This document shows, piece after piece, positions 60,731 to 64,000 of a stretch of 64,000 nucleotides of DNA. Numbering within the stretch: position 1 is the stretch's first letter; each line of letters begins with the position of its first letter. The notes beneath the pieces are model-generated. The model did no database searches, was not told the DNA's origin, and was given only the letters and a program-made list of their open reading frames with translations. Where the stretch lies: the NCBI RefSeq assembly GCF_018977255.1, contig NW_024704742.1, positions 68,078,001 to 68,142,000 of the forward strand. The letters run 5' to 3'. A program made the position numbers and the translations under genes. The stretch comes from Callorhinchus milii (taxonomy: Eukaryota).

Positions 60731-61380
60731 GGGACTTTGAGCTCACAGACTAAGCTGATGCTCCAATGCAGTGCTGGGGGAGAGCTGCATTGTCGGAAGT
60801 GGAAACAAAGGTGTGGGAGTGGGTGGGGGCTGTTGAGAGACAGCAGCAAGACAACAGGGCTTGTGACAAGTTCTTCTGTGCATCATGTAGGAGAGTATAA
60901 ATCATTTCCTGGACTTTAATAATAATAATAATAATAATCCTTGCATTTGATATAGCGCTTTTCACGTCGGGAGGACGTCCCAAAGCGCTTAGCTAGCTAC
61001 ACTGCGCTCAAACTCCCACCATCAAAAATCAAATGTTTAATGGCTGAAATCTGCTCAAGTCATTGGGTTAATAATCCTAACGCTCGCATTTGATACAGAC
61101 GCCTTTCACGTCGGGAGGGCGTCTCATAATGCTTCACAGGGTTTAACTATAAATTGTAGTGTCTATGTATTTTGCAGAATTACTGCAGAAAGGTCACAGA
61201 GCACAGTGTTTACCAACAAATACACAGTTATTTATAGAGAGAAATTTACAGACACCAGTTTCAATATTACAACAACTAATTTTACACAGTGCCCTTCAGC
61301 TTGGGGTAGTGTCTCAGAACATAGACCTGTATCTAGGGATTTACCAAATTCTGGACTGCCTGAAATAATAATAATAATAA

Positions 61381-61689
61381 TGATAAGAAATTAGAAAAAT
61401 AAGGAACAAGAGAAAATCGGGAAATATATCAATCTACAAATTGAATGCAGACGTATGTATGTTGCAATGTAAAACAAACTGGAACTGTTAATAAGACTAT
61501 TCTGAAATGGCTTGACAAAATACCTGGTGAACAAAATATCAATCTCCTGCAAAAAGTAGCTAGTTCAGGAAACTCAAATATATTAAGAAAAGTAACATCC
61601 ATTCATATGTAATGTGGCAGTGTTATTAGTCTGGCTGACCATCGCTGAAAAGCATTTAGAAATTACCTCTGCAGAACGATTTAAACTGT
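61381..61689 (+). mobile_element. 5'-truncated Dong/R4-clade non-LTR retrotransposon fragment in (TAA)n
   Basis: KEQEKIGKYINLQIECRRM and KWLDKIPG...LLQKVA...ILRKV resemble the R4 restriction-like endonuclease C-terminus; TAA repeats on both sides. Confidence 0.7.
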
Positions 61690-62482
61690 AATAACATAAT
61701 AATAATAGCAACAAAATTACATTTGTATAGCGCCTTTCAAGTCGGGAGGATGTCCCAATAATAATAATAATAATAATCCTTGCATTTGATATAGCACCTT
61801 ATTAAGCCAGTCCCCAAGCCTTGGCTCTTGCCAACCTGCGCCTAATACTTTCTGGAATTAGGTAAGCAGGATGTGTCCCTCCAGGGAGAGAGTGCGCATT
61901 TCATTCCAACAATCTGGGATGCATGGAGGTGGGATGCATGGAAATGTCAGCTTGGTTTGGATACTCTTAAGAATGAGGATGGGTTTCTGCATGTGTCCAC
62001 TGATCAAAAAAAATTATCACGTCATCGCAGTGTATCCTGTGAATCTCAAAGCGGTTCACAGGATACACTGTAAAGTGGATTGACTGTATTTTGTGGGAGA
62101 AATGCTATGTAAATAAAAGTAAATTGAGACCCAGATAGAATTCCAGCCCAAATCCGACACCTCAAGGAGTGAAGGGTAGGAAACTGCTGGAGATTTTGAA
62201 GGGTGAGGAGCTGCTAGTCAAGACACAGGAAGCAGCCTGAGTGGCAGGAATCACAATAAGACTTCAATTTCCTACCTACCTCACAGCCAGCAATTCACAG
62301 CTGTCAGACATAATGCTGAAAATATAAATTGCCTGACGGCTCAAAGGGTGATATTTCTTTAAACAGGAGGATTGTACTCACAGAATAGCTCTCCTGAGTC
62401 AGTGAAACAAATCTTACCCACCTCAACAACACCCACCATTCCCCCAATACTGACACACACTCACACACACATTCATTCACAT

Positions 62483-62757
62483 TCAACAACAACAACAATA
62501 ACAAAATTACATTTATAGAGCGCCTTTCACGTTGGGAGGACGTCCCAAAGCGCTGAACAGTCAGGTGTCGGGGCCCGAGCATTGGGACGAGGTGGTGAAG
62601 GGGTGAGGGAAGGCAGAGAGGTGGGAGGGTGACCAAAGGCACGATCGAAGAGAAGAGTCTTGAGACCGGCTTGAAGGAGGCAAGGGAGGAAGCGAGGCGA
62701 AGGGACCGTGGGATGGAGTTCCAGAGTGTGGGGGCAGAGAGGCTGAAAGCCCGACCA
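62483..62757 (-). mobile_element. L2 LINE 3' end
   Basis: [13 protein letters not shown] peptide, conserved 3' tail and (CAA)n. Confidence 0.85.
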
Positions 62758-64000
62758 CTCACTCACTCACACTCACTCACACGCACTCGCACACACTCAC
62801 ACTCGCACAGGTTCTAAACCATCTATACCAGAAAACCGGACTCCATTCAGCACTTGAGCCGAGGTGACATATATAGAGTAACAACAACAATTTAAAATCA
62901 CACAGCAAGTCTCAGAGCTGGCAGGGCGTCTGAACTGGTATGGGTGGGGGAGTTGAGTAGAAGAGTGGAAACGGGGGTGGGGGGCAGTGCGGAAGTGGCT
63001 GTAAAGGTCTTAAGGTAGGTTTAACCTAAGTCCTGATTGCCTGTTCAGGTGGATGTTAAAGATCCTCTTGGACTAATCGGAAAATAGTTTGTCCTCGTGT
63101 CCTGGCTGGCAAACCCCAGATTATATTGGTCACAAGCTTAATGGGACATCGCAAATTGGCTGCTGCATTCGCCTACAAAATACACAGTCACTGCACTTTA
63201 CAGTAAATTTTGTGAAACGCTTTGAGACTTATTCCCAACGTGAAAGGTGGTAAATCAAGTGCAAAAACACGATCAAAGAGGAAAGTCTTGAGACGGACCT
63301 TGAAGGAGGTGAGGGAGGAGGCGAGGCAGACGGGCTCCGGAATGGAGTTCCAGAGGGTGGGAGCGGAATAGCTGAACGCCCAACTGCCGATGGTGGAGCG
63401 GGCAGGGCTGGGGACATGAAGCAGGCTCGCGCCCGCTGTGTGGGGGAGTTGGTACGGTGTTAACAGGTTGCAGAGGTAGGGAGGAGCAAGATCATGGAGG
63501 GCTTTAAAAGGGAAACTCCCTTCTCTTTTTCCAAGTATTGTCAGGGGAGGGAGGGGAAACGCAGAGCCGGGGAGAAATCAAAGGACAACAGACGAAAGCT
63601 TACCTCTGAGAGACCACCTCGTACCAATAACCGTGTCTGCGCACTCTCATAGAACATGTGAGAGATTATGTGAATATGTCACAGAATATGGCTCAGCGCC
63701 TCGCTTCCCCTCATTTGCAAATATTAGAACCTGTTGTGACAGATCGGCATTTCTCACACAACAACAATAATAATAATGGTAATAATAATAATTAATGATG
63801 ACAATATAATAATAATCATAATGTGGGGTTTTCTTTGCACAAGTCTCCAAACAAGATGTATTTCGATTAGAAGAAGAATCTCAAGAGTTCCTTAAAAATC
63901 CACAGGATTCCCACACCCGCTTCGCCACCTAAAAAAAATATTTTTATGACCCAAAATTATTGATTGGCCCAACATTGTTGCTACGGCAACCTTTTTGAAG

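Noticed and set aside
63604..63730. Minus-strand exon-like segment with GAG|GTAAGC donor
   Set aside because: Stops in all three frames from the acceptor and no supporting neighbours; a UTR exon cannot be excluded.

Overview
Repeat-rich vertebrate genomic DNA. The SINE/LINE complement (tRNA-head SINEs with L2 tails, Deu-type SINEs, L2, CR1) suggests a cartilaginous fish, probably a holocephalan; this is inference. The window holds a complete 9-exon DDRGK1 (UFBP1) gene on the + strand (7515-42132, 303 aa, all splice phases consistent). About 2.4 kb upstream, head-to-head, is the apparent first exon of an unidentified minus-strand gene, preceded by an ~800-bp GC-box minisatellite. Downstream of DDRGK1 are two exons of a divergent TMEM127-like gene. 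It has the same 165-nt phase-1 middle exon as TMEM127, lacks the C-terminal PPxY motif, has an apparent 1-nt frameshift, and no first exon was found. A possible three-exon chain of unknown identity follows. Mobile elements include a near-full-length dead L2 LINE, many SINEs (one with a 5' inversion resembling twin priming), two non-autonomous Helitrons (one with an expanded internal minisatellite), a hAT MITE with an 8-bp TSD, a Dong/R4-like fragment within (TAA)n, and a Penelope-type hammerhead ribozyme relic. All homology calls are from recall, not database searches, and repeat boundaries are approximate.
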